A stretch of 16,879 nt of DNA from Bacteriovoracaceae bacterium (GCA_041586955.1 JBFGZE010000077.1:1-16879), one strand, 5' to 3'; numbered from the stretch's first letter, positions 1-8,665 are shown. Program-made: numbers and translations. The notes: generated by a model not told the origin, from the letters alone.

Positions 1-1
1 A

Positions 2-295
2 GAGACATTAAAAAAAATGAAAAATGCTTTGTCAAAAAATGGTAAAATTATCATTATCGAGCATAACCCACATAATCCAATGACACGAAAATTTGTCAAT
101 GATTGTCCTCTTGATAAAGATGCAAAGCTTTTATACCCAAGCTACCTCAAGGGCCTCGTCGATAAAAACATTAATATGCAGGTCAAATTTACCTACACCG
201 TTTTTGTACCACCTAAACTTAAATTTCTAACTTTTATTGAGAAATATCTAACCTGGCTTCCTATCGGGGCCCAATACATTGCAACGATAGAATAA
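2..295 (+). CDS. Class I SAM-dependent methyltransferase, C-terminal part (5'-truncated by window edge)
   Basis: The frame is open from position 2 (ETLKK precedes the ATG at 17), so the true start lies outside the window. LSKNGKIIIIEHNPHNPMTR...CPLDKDAKLL...PIGAQY resembles the C-terminal strands of methyltransferases found in glycan loci. Stop is 9 nt before galE. Confidence 0.7.
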   Translation, partial: ETLKKMKNALSKNGKIIIIEHNPHNPMTRKFVNDCPLDKDAKLLYPSYLKGLVDKNINMQVKFTYTVFVPPKLKFLTFIEKYLTWLPIGAQYIATIE

Positions 296-304
296 GAGGT
301 AAAA

Positions 305-1282
305 ATGGAAGTTCTCGTAACCGGCGGTGCTGGATATATTGGATCACATACTTGCAAACTACTTCACCAAAAGGGATATACTCCCATTGTTCTTGATAAT
401 ATCTCAACTGGACATGAAGCGGCAGTAAGATGGGGGAAACTTTACCGTGGGGACATTTCAGACACAACACTTCTTACTAAAATAATAAAAGAAAATAATA
501 TTAAGGCGGTTATTCATTTCGCGGCTTCCGCCTATGTGGGAGAATCCTATACCGATCCAAAAAAGTATTATTATAATAATGTCAGCAATAGTATTATATT
601 TTTAAACGCTCTGCTTGAATTTAAGATTGAGTACATTATTTTCTCCAGCAGTTGTGCGACATATGGTGAGCCCGACATAGTACCCATCCTTGAACAAACA
701 GAGCAGAAACCAATTAACCCCTATGGCCATTCAAAGCTCATTATTGAAAATATACTAACAGAGTATCATCGCGCTTACGGTCTCAAGTCAATTGGCCTGA
801 GATATTTTAATGCCGCGGGCGCTGATATTGATGGAGAAATTGGTGAGGTTCACGAACCAGAAACACACCTTATTCCCCTATGTTTAAAGGCCGTCACAGA
901 TCCAGAATTTTCATTAAAAATTTTTGGCAATGATTACCAAACTAAAGATGGAACATGTGAAAGGGATTATATTCACGTTAATGATTTGGCATCGGCCCAT
1001 ATCAAAGCTTTAGAAAAAATGCTTAACGGTGATATTCATCATGATTTTTTTAACATCGGAACTGGTGACTCATATTCAGTATTAGAAATAATTAATACGA
1101 TTGAAGAAATATCAAAAGGAAAAGTCAAGAGAGACATTTGCGATAGGAGAGAAGGAGACCCTCCGACCCTTGTTGCGAATAATCACAAAATCACAACTCA
1201 ACTCGGATGGGCACCTAGTTTTAGTGACCTTAGAACGATTATCTCTAGCGCCTGGAATTGGCACAAAAAACAAACTAAATAG
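305..1282 (+). CDS. galE: UDP-glucose 4-epimerase GalE
   Basis: Rossmann motif VLVTGGAGYIGSH, plus HFAA, FSSSCATYG, catalytic YxxxK (YGHSK), LRYFNAAGA, DGTCERDYIHV and RREGDP. SD GAGGT lies upstream of the ATG. Confidence 0.95.
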   Translation: MEVLVTGGAGYIGSHTCKLLHQKGYTPIVLDNISTGHEAAVRWGKLYRGDISDTTLLTKIIKENNIKAVIHFAASAYVGESYTDPKKYYYNNVSNSIIFLNALLEFKIEYIIFSSSCATYGEPDIVPILEQTEQKPINPYGHSKLIIENILTEYHRAYGLKSIGLRYFNAAGADIDGEIGEVHEPETHLIPLCLKAVTDPEFSLKIFGNDYQTKDGTCERDYIHVNDLASAHIKALEKMLNGDIHHDFFNIGTGDSYSVLEIINTIEEISKGKVKRDICDRREGDPPTLVANNHKITTQLGWAPSFSDLRTIISSAWNWHKKQTK

Positions 1283-1285
1283 CAC

Positions 1286-3205
1286 TCACTCCTGTATTAT
1301 ATTTTTAATCATTGGCAATAAATGATCGAAATAACTAATCGATCCATCACGAGATAAATGTCCGGGGTCAACAAACATTAAATCCTTTGATTCATTATAA
1401 AAACTACATACACCTAATGGACAATAATAATCGGTGGGATCAACAATTGTGATATTATCGCTTTGAATCACTAATGCCTTATTAAGGTACTTTCTTTGTA
1501 TATTCACTCTATCAATGCCAACAAAGCAATCTTTACTTATAGCGTTTATGTAATTTCTCTTTAAACATTGCGCTGGGCTTATTTTAAAAAAAGGCAGGTC
1601 GTTCATTAATACCAAATGAGCATCTCTCCTCTCAATTTGAGAAACTAGAGTTTTTAAGTACTCCTTATAGGTCTTATAATTATTTTCCGTGATTGATCTC
1701 GCAAAAACTCCCAATACCAAAATATCGCCACGTCTAAGATTATTCACGATTTCCTTATTAACAAAATCATTATAAATTGAACAATTGGTTCTTTTCTCTA
1801 AGCTATTACTAATCATCGACTCCGGTCGATAGGAACATCCCGCGCCTGCGGTAATCGCGTTATAAGAGTAATCAATTTTCTTTGATATTTTTTCCAAAAG
1901 AGGTGTCCAATTCCCAGCATGACTATCCCCGACAACAATCATTTTATTTTTGCTCCCATGATTCTTTTGACAACCAATCAGGGCCGCCATTGAATCATAC
2001 CGGCTTTTATGACAACCAAATTCTGTTTCATTATTTGAACTCCACCAAGGTCTTTCGTCCCAGCCAGGTGTCTGGCTATAGCGAATTGTCGGCTTAGCTT
2101 CACGAAACTCACTGACCGAAAATAAAAATGCTATAACAAGCAACGACGAGGCACATGACCACAAAGACAAGCTTCGAAATTTCTTTGCATTTTCATGAAA
2201 ACGAATTTCACCAAATGGTTTTTCTATTAAGCGATACGTTAAGTAAGACAAGAAAAAACTCAGCGATATTAGGGATACCTTTACCTCATTGCTGGGATCG
2301 CCATAAATAATGAAGGCATATGATAAAAGTGGCCAATGCCATAGATATAAGGAGTAACTCAACACTCCGATTTGCTTAAATAACTTATTTGATAAAAATT
2401 TAGATAAAAAACTTTCTTCGCTTCCAAACGCGATCACCAGAGAAGTTCCAAGGACAGGCAATAAAGCAAGATAACCCGGAAAAACATTATTATGAGTAAA
2501 TGTGAATCCTAATATAATGAGTGCCATTCCACTGGCCGCATACCATTTAGCTTTAACGGTCTGGTTCAATTGAATATGCGGTACACTAAAAGCGACGATT
2601 CCCCCGGCCAACAACTCCCATATACGAGTCGGTAGCATAAAAAAAGTAAAAGATGAGTAATAAAATGATCCATATAAACAAATCGCAAAAGAGCTCAATG
2701 CGATAATAGATAAACAAAGCACCTTATTTAATTTGAATCTATAAATACAGGCCAAAAGAAAGGGATAAATGACGTAAAATTGTTCTTCCAAGCTTAATGA
2801 CCATGTATGCAGCAGCGGCTTTAAGTCTGAAGACTGATCGAAGTACCCGGACTCTCGCCAAAATAAAACATTCGACAAAAATAAGAGACTCGATACAACC
2901 TGGTTTTTTAATTGAACAAATTCCCGGTTATGTAAAACCAATGCTCCAAATGAAATGACCGCCGTTAAAACTATTGAGCAGGGGACAAATAACCTTTTGG
3001 CCCTATTCAAATAAAAGTTAACGAACGAAAATCTATGTTTCTCTAAATCATCCCTAATCTTACCTGAAATGAGGTATCCCGAGATAACAAAAAAGATGTC
3101 AACGCCGATAAATCCACTTTTAAACTCTTTAGGCCATGCATGAAATATTAGCACACTAATTATCGCTATTGCCCTTAGGCCATCAATATCGTCTCTTCTT
3201 TTCAT
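1286..3205 (-). CDS. OafA/OatA-type O-acyltransferase (acyltransferase_3 membrane domain fused to SGNH domain)
   Basis: N-terminal RDDIDGLRAIAII, GFIGVDIFFVISGYLI, PLLHTWSLSLEEQFY and SYSLYLWHWP, with many TM segments. The C-terminal SGNH domain has GDSHA and DxxH (DPGH). Confidence 0.93.
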   Translation of the reverse strand: MKRRDDIDGLRAIAIISVLIFHAWPKEFKSGFIGVDIFFVISGYLISGKIRDDLEKHRFSFVNFYLNRAKRLFVPCSIVLTAVISFGALVLHNREFVQLKNQVVSSLLFLSNVLFWRESGYFDQSSDLKPLLHTWSLSLEEQFYVIYPFLLACIYRFKLNKVLCLSIIALSSFAICLYGSFYYSSFTFFMLPTRIWELLAGGIVAFSVPHIQLNQTVKAKWYAASGMALIILGFTFTHNNVFPGYLALLPVLGTSLVIAFGSEESFLSKFLSNKLFKQIGVLSYSLYLWHWPLLSYAFIIYGDPSNEVKVSLISLSFFLSYLTYRLIEKPFGEIRFHENAKKFRSLSLWSCASSLLVIAFLFSVSEFREAKPTIRYSQTPGWDERPWWSSNNETEFGCHKSRYDSMAALIGCQKNHGSKNKMIVVGDSHAGNWTPLLEKISKKIDYSYNAITAGAGCSYRPESMISNSLEKRTNCSIYNDFVNKEIVNNLRRGDILVLGVFARSITENNYKTYKEYLKTLVSQIERRDAHLVLMNDLPFFKISPAQCLKRNYINAISKDCFVGIDRVNIQRKYLNKALVIQSDNITIVDPTDYYCPLGVCSFYNESKDLMFVDPGHLSRDGSISYFDHLLPMIKNIIQE

Positions 3206-3239
3206 TATAAATAATTCCTACTAAGCGTACGCACCAGTA

Positions 3240-4715
3240 CTATTGGGAGGTAAAGACACATAGGTTTTTAAATTGCTTCTTTTTCACTATTAAATGTTTT
3301 ATTTGATCATTAAAAATCCCTTTTGGTTTCCAAGATGAGCATGATGATCCCGGAATTATCGCCAGCTCGAATTCCACATTGTTTAAATTCGCATTTATTT
3401 TTTCAAAATAGTTTCTCTGAATATACTTAGAAAATTTGTAGGTAAACTCAACCCAAGGCCCTAAAACCGTCTGTGAATAAAAATGAACCGCGATACTCGA
3501 GTCTGGCGTATATACAGTCGCGTCAGGATAATTGGTTTTTATATACGTTTTTAATTCTTTGTAAGGATATTGCCTATAAGAATTGCCATATATAGTGCCT
3601 AAGGACTTTGTGATATCAACAGACAGAATAAGAAAACTTGAAATAGCGAGGACAGAAAATACTTTTTTCAATTCGCTGCTACTCTCATAAATGGCCTTCA
3701 AACCTGATGCCAAAAATAAGCTTTCAATCAAAATCATTATATAAAAATAATTAAGGTAAGCACCAACTTTCACTTGCCCTGCGATTCCGGTTAGACCAGT
3801 TAATAATATACATAATACGAATAAGAGTACGTGCTTTGATTTCTTTGAATACTCTCTCAAGCCTATTAAAAATAATATGTGGATGGGTAAGAATTTAAAG
3901 AAAATTATATTGATGACATTTGTTATCATTGTGTTGATGGCACTTAAGCTTATAAATCCCGCATTCGCCGCCAAAAAAACTTGCTCTAAATAGGTCTTTG
4001 GGAAAACGAGATATCCTAAAAATAAAAAGCCGGCGACAAAAATTGTACTTGATATAAGCATTAAGAAAAAATTTTTATATTGTTTTTTAATTAACAAATA
4101 CAGCCCACATGAGGCCAAAATAAAGATATGGGTTATTTTAAATTGAGGCGCTAGAGCGAATGCAATACTCGAAAATAGCAATGTTTTAATACTCGACTTA
4201 TTATCCTCCAAAAAGTCCAAGAATAGCTTTAATCCGAAAAGCTCAAAAGCAATGGCAAAGAAGTCAGGTCGATAGGAGATCGCGATAAATGGAAAAACTA
4301 AAAATAAGTAGATTCCTACAAAATATATTACATAATTTGTTTTTCTTACTTTTGAAATATAATTTTGATCAATCTTACTTAGAACAATGAGACAAAAGAG
4401 AAGGGCGGCCATCACTTGCGCCTTTGCAAAAAAATTAACCCAAACAATATCCGTTAGCCCTATGACCTTTAAAGGAAGGCCTAATAAATAAGGAAAGATT
4501 CCCCCATAGGGGCTAATCATTTCAGGAACACTTCCAAGCGTAGTAATATGGGGTAATCCATCAATTATCCTTAAGACATTATAGAGACCTATTGATTCTG
4601 CCCCATAGTTATAATACCCAGAAAAGAAAATTATAGATAAAACGAAGATTCCCAATAGGCCAAAAAGAGCATAACTTAAGAAATTATTTTTTTTAGATTT
4701 AAACAAAATATCCAT
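3240..4715 (-). CDS. Polytopic membrane protein, probable GT-C fold (ArnT/PMT-like) glycosyltransferase
   Basis: 491 aa with roughly 10-12 hydrophobic segments and a soluble C-terminal tail. An acidic residue sits in the first loop after TM1 (YNYGAES), followed by SPYGGIFPYLL, RPDFF and an intramembrane Lys (QFKIT). The ORF is solid; the function is inferred from this pattern and the glycan-locus context. Confidence 0.55.
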   Translation of the reverse strand: MDILFKSKKNNFLSYALFGLLGIFVLSIIFFSGYYNYGAESIGLYNVLRIIDGLPHITTLGSVPEMISPYGGIFPYLLGLPLKVIGLTDIVWVNFFAKAQVMAALLFCLIVLSKIDQNYISKVRKTNYVIYFVGIYLFLVFPFIAISYRPDFFAIAFELFGLKLFLDFLEDNKSSIKTLLFSSIAFALAPQFKITHIFILASCGLYLLIKKQYKNFFLMLISSTIFVAGFLFLGYLVFPKTYLEQVFLAANAGFISLSAINTMITNVINIIFFKFLPIHILFLIGLREYSKKSKHVLLFVLCILLTGLTGIAGQVKVGAYLNYFYIMILIESLFLASGLKAIYESSSELKKVFSVLAISSFLILSVDITKSLGTIYGNSYRQYPYKELKTYIKTNYPDATVYTPDSSIAVHFYSQTVLGPWVEFTYKFSKYIQRNYFEKINANLNNVEFELAIIPGSSCSSWKPKGIFNDQIKHLIVKKKQFKNLCVFTSQ

Positions 4716-5049
4716 CCTTGGCCTATTTATGCTCCTACAAATAAATACGATTATTTCAGGTATATGTATTAATTATAGATTAAAAATTATTGAGCTATTG
4801 CTGAAAGAATTTTTGACCTACTAAGAAATAAAGGAGATTGAACAAGTAAAACCAATGGCCTCACCCTATGAGGATTATGTTGTGTACCTTTGATTTGTAA
4901 TGGAATGAAAAGTGCGACTTCCTTTTCGAAATTGGCCGAACCCGACCAAAACATTTCGTATTTGAAAACGGTAAAAACCGCAAATTATTAATGAATTATA
5001 TAATAAAAGGAAAGCTTTAAAGAGGTTGGTTAACCCATTGAAAAAATAA

Positions 5050-5137
5050 TGGCGGAGAACAAGAGATTCGAACTCTCGAAGGGTTGCCCCTTACACGCTT
5101 TCCAAGCGTGCGCCTTCGACCACTCGGCCAATTCTCC
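5050..5137 (-). tRNA. tRNA-Ser(GGA)
   Basis: The reverse complement folds as a cloverleaf: acceptor GGAGAAT/GTTCTCC, discriminator G plus encoded CCA, D-loop AGTGGTCGAA, anticodon arm CACGC-TTGGAAA-GCGTG, long variable arm AAGGG-GCAA-CCCTT, T-arm GAGAG-TTCGAAT-CTCTT. Confidence 0.97.
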
Positions 5138-5148
5138 GCATTGATCAT

Positions 5149-5177
5149 GAAATAGCATAGTTGATCTAAGTTATCAA
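5149..5177 (-). promoter_or_regulatory. Putative sigma70 promoter of tRNA-Ser
   Basis: Minus strand reads TTGATA-17 bp-TATTTC with an extended -10 TGn, ending 11 nt upstream of the mature tRNA 5' end. Confidence 0.4.
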
Positions 5178-5243
5178 CAAACTTAACTAGCTTGAATCAT
5201 TTTAGTTCAGCAAAGACGCGGAGCAACATATGAATTATAATCC

Positions 5244-6389
5244 TTAATTTGTTTTTATTTCATTCAATTTGTCTTGATAAATTTTTAACGTTTTTTTATT
5301 AATTTCATCCCAAAGAAATTTTTCCGAGACCTCACGTATCAAATCCTTTGCTAGCTTATATTCATTTTCACTGAGCAATAATTGATTAATTTTGGAAATT
5401 AGTTGTTTATGATCCCCCCGAGGCACTAAAAGCTCCTTAGGTAAGATCGTATTTGGCCCCATTGTTTCGTAGGCGATAGAGGGAATCAATGCCGATACCA
5501 TTTCCAAAAGGCCAAAACCAAAACTTTCAAAATAAGAAGGAAAAATACCCAGCGTGCTTCCCTCCAACAATCGCGGCAATTCTTCCGGCCCAAACTTTGG
5601 CGTTACTTCCAAATATTTCCGTAAATCTTTGGGAAAATAATTGAGGACACTTTCTTCAGTAGGAAACATCGCTGAGGTACCTAAAAACTTAAATTTAACC
5701 TCCGGTATATTTTTTGCGACACCTCTTACAATATCCGGAAACTCAACCGCCCCTTTGCGACAATCAAATGTTCCCACAAATGTGATCACCGGACACTTTA
5801 AACTTCCTTGTTTAATATTTTGAAGTTCACTTATCCTGTCATCAAATAGGCCATAAGGAGAAAAAATAATTTTATCGCCGGAATGGCCGTGCTGAATCAG
5901 TTTATTTTTATCATCATTGTTAGGAACTGAGATCAAATCAGCGCTTTCCAAGGTTTTATTGGCCTGAGTTAACTTAAAAGCAGCTTCTTCTTTTCTTTTT
6001 TTTCCTTTAATAAGTTTTCCCACATAACTGCGAATTGTTTTGAATGCCGGAATTTTAACTGTATCAAGGTGATGGATTAGTAAGACTGAACGTGCGATTA
6101 AAAGTTTATCACGAGGGAACTCATGTCTTTCATAGGGGAGAAAATAATATTCATATTCGACAGCATCATACGATTGTATATTTTCTTGAATGTATTTTTT
6201 TAAGATGGGAGGAAATTGAATTATGATTTCTGCTTGATTTAAGCCTATATATTCAGGAAATATGTCTTCAATACCTATAACTGTAACATCATGACCTAAA
6301 TTACGATAACTTTCAGCTGTTTCTAAATAAACCTTTGCTCCTCCTAACATTTTAGTTTTGGGTAAATACGAGCACATTAATATTTTCAT
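5244..6389 (-). CDS. Glycosyltransferase family 4 (GT-B)
   Basis: MKILMCS...GGAKVY...GHDVTVI, FVGTFDCRKG, and the EX7E motif in PSYFESFGFGLLE. SD-like GGTGG upstream. Confidence 0.9.
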   Translation of the reverse strand: MKILMCSYLPKTKMLGGAKVYLETAESYRNLGHDVTVIGIEDIFPEYIGLNQAEIIIQFPPILKKYIQENIQSYDAVEYEYYFLPYERHEFPRDKLLIARSVLLIHHLDTVKIPAFKTIRSYVGKLIKGKKRKEEAAFKLTQANKTLESADLISVPNNDDKNKLIQHGHSGDKIIFSPYGLFDDRISELQNIKQGSLKCPVITFVGTFDCRKGAVEFPDIVRGVAKNIPEVKFKFLGTSAMFPTEESVLNYFPKDLRKYLEVTPKFGPEELPRLLEGSTLGIFPSYFESFGFGLLEMVSALIPSIAYETMGPNTILPKELLVPRGDHKQLISKINQLLLSENEYKLAKDLIREVSEKFLWDEINKKTLKIYQDKLNEIKTN

Positions 6390-6521
6390 ATATCAACCAC
6401 CGCCATTAAACGTGAAAACTCATTTCCTATTATAACTTATTTAAAAAGCTATATTATTAAGTTTTCCACATCCCTCTTATTCCGGTATGCTCTACTCAAG
6501 AAAGACTAATGATTAAGATAT

Positions 6522-6995
6522 TTATTTCAAATGGGACTTTCGCCTCTCTCTAAAAAATTGGCTTAAGATTTGTGAGCAATCATAATGAGAGACTCCACCC
6601 ATTACGGAAAAAGAATGATTTAAACGTGAATCTTTATTAAGATGATAGCCTAAGCTCAGCGCGCCTCCCTTCGGATCATAAGCACCAAATACCAATTTAC
6701 CAATTCTTGCTTGAACCATGGCCGCAAGGCACATCGGGCACGGTTCCAATGTAACAAATAATGTGCAATCTTGGAGACGCCAATTCTCAATAAGTGGCCC
6801 TGCCATTTGCATAATAAGCATTTCTGCATGACCGCAGGGATTATGGGTAGTTTCTTTAAGATTATGACCTTTCGCCAAAATTTTTCCATCCGCGGCAACA
6901 AGGACTGCCCCTATAGGAACTTCCCCTAGGCGGTAACCTTTATTGGCCTCATCTAAGGCCAAATTCATATACCATTGGTTATCTGTCGAAATCAC
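6522..6995 (-). CDS. tadA: tRNA-specific adenosine-34 deaminase
   Basis: MNLALDEA...GEVPIGAVLV, Zn motifs HAE and TLEPCPMC, NWRL, FGAYDPKGGA, LNH and LSQFFRERR. The GTG start overlaps the upstream TAG (TAGTG), with SD AGGA. Confidence 0.92.
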   Translation of the reverse strand: MISTDNQWYMNLALDEANKGYRLGEVPIGAVLVAADGKILAKGHNLKETTHNPCGHAEMLIMQMAGPLIENWRLQDCTLFVTLEPCPMCLAAMVQARIGKLVFGAYDPKGGALSLGYHLNKDSRLNHSFSVMGGVSHYDCSQILSQFFRERRKSHLK

Positions 6996-7720
6996 TATTT
7001 CATCCTATGGAGTTTCTTTTCTCTTAGCACAGACTTTCTATAATTCCATGTATTTTTTAATTCATTAAAACTTTTTAGAAATTCGTAACCATCCACTTGA
7101 AAGAGAACACCATAATTATAGGGGCGACCTAATGAGTATTGGCGGTAACTACGAATTATACATTTAACCTCAACACCATCGAGTGTCATTGCAGTAAGTT
7201 TGCTACCAATTGGAAATTTTTCAAAGCTGGCGAGACAACCTGCGCCTCTTCTTAAATCAACTAATCGCCCATCAAACTCTTTTCCTTCTTCATTTTTTAT
7301 TTTAACTTTTAAGTCATTGCGATAGCGAAAATCATATTCCCACCAACTAACAAAAGGATAATAAATAGGAGAGGACAGTACATAAATTTCTATTCCATGA
7401 AAGATCAGAGACAAAATATAAGATGTCAAAGCAAAATCATATTCGGCCTGAAACGTATAATGACCAATCCGGGATAAGATAAAAATCCATAAGAAAAATG
7501 AAAAGGTCCAAAAGCTATAGTAAAGTTTCTTTTTGACTTGAAAAATAATAAAAGAAAAGTAAACAAATCCAGCAAGAAAAATCACTGATAAAAACGAAAA
7601 ATTATCGAGTATAAAATCCGCAAAGAGGGCCAGTCCCAAAAAAAGGTTGCCAATACAATGAAGTATGGTCAAGCGATCTATTTCATTTTTTAACTTTAAC
7701 TTATCTAAAATAATTTGCAT
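6995..7720 (-). CDS. Membrane protein (about 4 TM) with C-terminal PilZ-like domain
   Basis: Four hydrophobic segments, then YYPFVSWWEYDFRYR...GRLVDLRRGAGCL...VKCIIRS...YNYGVLF, a PilZ-like beta-barrel pattern with degenerate c-di-GMP motifs. SD GAGGA upstream. Confidence 0.6.
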   Translation of the reverse strand: MQIILDKLKLKNEIDRLTILHCIGNLFLGLALFADFILDNFSFLSVIFLAGFVYFSFIIFQVKKKLYYSFWTFSFFLWIFILSRIGHYTFQAEYDFALTSYILSLIFHGIEIYVLSSPIYYPFVSWWEYDFRYRNDLKVKIKNEEGKEFDGRLVDLRRGAGCLASFEKFPIGSKLTAMTLDGVEVKCIIRSYRQYSLGRPYNYGVLFQVDGYEFLKSFNELKNTWNYRKSVLREKKLHRMK

Positions 7721-8126
7721 GGACCCTATCCTCTTCTAAGTGTTATTTTGATAAGCAGGCCTATCTCTTTAATACCAGCAAAGTCAAAAAAACCTACACT
7801 TAATATATATAATATCGAAAGACTTAACGTCTTACTTAACCATACTATTAAAACCAAACGTGCAATAATTGAAAACTAAAATTAAAAATTCTTGCAGTGG
7901 AAGTCATGATAAAACGCCCAGACTATTTTTTTTAAGCTGGCCCGGTATACCAAAACTTGACAACTTTCTAAATACATCAAATTGAATGAGAGGCCTCGTA
8001 AAAATTGGCCTCATTTTATAAATCAATGGTAAATGAGCGACAATACGCTCAAAGATGCCAAAGAGGTTGGTCAAAATGCCCCTTCTAAAGACGATCAAGG
8101 CCATAAGCATATAATGACAGTTAAAC

Positions 8127-8154
8127 GGTGGATAATATTTTGCTGTTATCCACA
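8127..8154. promoter_or_regulatory. Inverted pair of DnaA boxes
   Basis: GGTGGATAA (8127-8135; reverse complement TTATCCACC, 1 mismatch) and a perfect TTATCCACA (8146-8154), 10 bp apart, in a gene-poor region. Confidence 0.5.
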
Positions 8155-8265
8155 GGTTAGTAAATATAAGGATAAGAAAAAAAATTCCTCGAAAAAAAGG
8201 GCCCACAAATAAAGTCGAAATTTGCTTTTTCTGTAACTTCTCTCTGAGTTGGACGAGGGTCACTT

Positions 8266-8285
8266 TATGACAAAGATATGACAAA
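8266..8285 (-). promoter_or_regulatory. 11-bp-period direct repeat resembling a Pho box / OmpR-PhoB family site
   Basis: TATGACAAA at 8266-8274 and 8277-8285; the minus strand reads TTTGTCATA-TC-TTTGTCATA. Confidence 0.35.
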
Positions 8286-8515
8286 ATAAGCGAAGTATTC
8301 ATGACTCGGCCATTTAATATAGTAAATTTATCATAGCTTTGGGGATCCAGCGTTCTTACCGAGAGGATTTTTAACCTATTGAAAAGAATGGGGGGCATCA
8401 AAATAGTTTTTGGCCCTTGAGATGCTTTTACCATTATGGCCTTGCTTTCATTAGTCATAAGTTTTTGATTTTATTGTAAATCAAATAGGAGAGAAGGATA
8501 GAAGGAAAAGTTTTC

Positions 8516-8549
8516 AAAAAAAAACCCTCAAATAAATTGAGGGTTTTTT
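8516..8549 (-). terminator. Rho-independent terminator of tRNA-Arg (potentially bidirectional)
   Basis: Perfect stem AAAAAACCCTCAA-ATAAA-TTGAGGGTTTTTT, 1 nt after the tRNA CCA. It gives a U9 tail on the minus strand and U6 on the plus strand. Confidence 0.9.
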
Positions 8550-8550
8550 A

Positions 8551-8627
8551 TGGCGCAACCGGCAGGAGTCGAACCTGCGACCACCTGATTCGTAGTCAGG
8601 TACTCTATCCAGCTGAGCTACGGCTGC
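8551..8627 (-). tRNA. tRNA-Arg(ACG)
   Basis: Reverse complement: acceptor GCAGCCG/CGGTTGC, G plus CCA, D-arm GCTC-AGCTGGATA-GAGT, anticodon arm CCTGA-CTACGAA-TCAGG, T-arm GCAGG-TTCGACT-CCTGC; 77 nt. Confidence 0.97.
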
Positions 8628-8636
8628 GTAGGGTTG

Positions 8637-8665
8637 TTTATAAAGTTAAAGATGCAAAGAATCAA
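8637..8665 (-). promoter_or_regulatory. Putative sigma70 promoter of tRNA-Arg
   Basis: Minus strand reads TTGATT-17 bp-TATAAA, 9 nt upstream of the mature tRNA, with an AT-rich UP-like tract upstream. Confidence 0.55.

Noticed and set aside
6462..6470. Single DnaA-box consensus match TTTTCCACA upstream of the GT4 gene
   Set aside because: Isolated; a few such matches are expected by chance in 17 kb of AT-rich DNA.
261..6901. Short ORFs 261-470, 1101-1325, 1882-2097, 5641-5823 and 6656-6901
   Set aside because: All overlap well-supported genes in other frames or strands and show no motifs.
7822..7840. ACTTAAC direct repeat as a CtrA box
   Set aside because: Spacing is TTAA-N8-TTAA rather than N7, and short AT-rich repeats are common here.
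7957..7985. Perfect TTGACA on the plus strand as a promoter
   Set aside because: No acceptable -10 hexamer at 16-18 bp spacing.
7721..8515. oriC, dif site or RNase P RNA in the gene-poor region
   Set aside because: Only two good DnaA boxes and no origin-associated genes; no convincing XerC/XerD dif match; no GAGGAAAGTCC RNase P signature.
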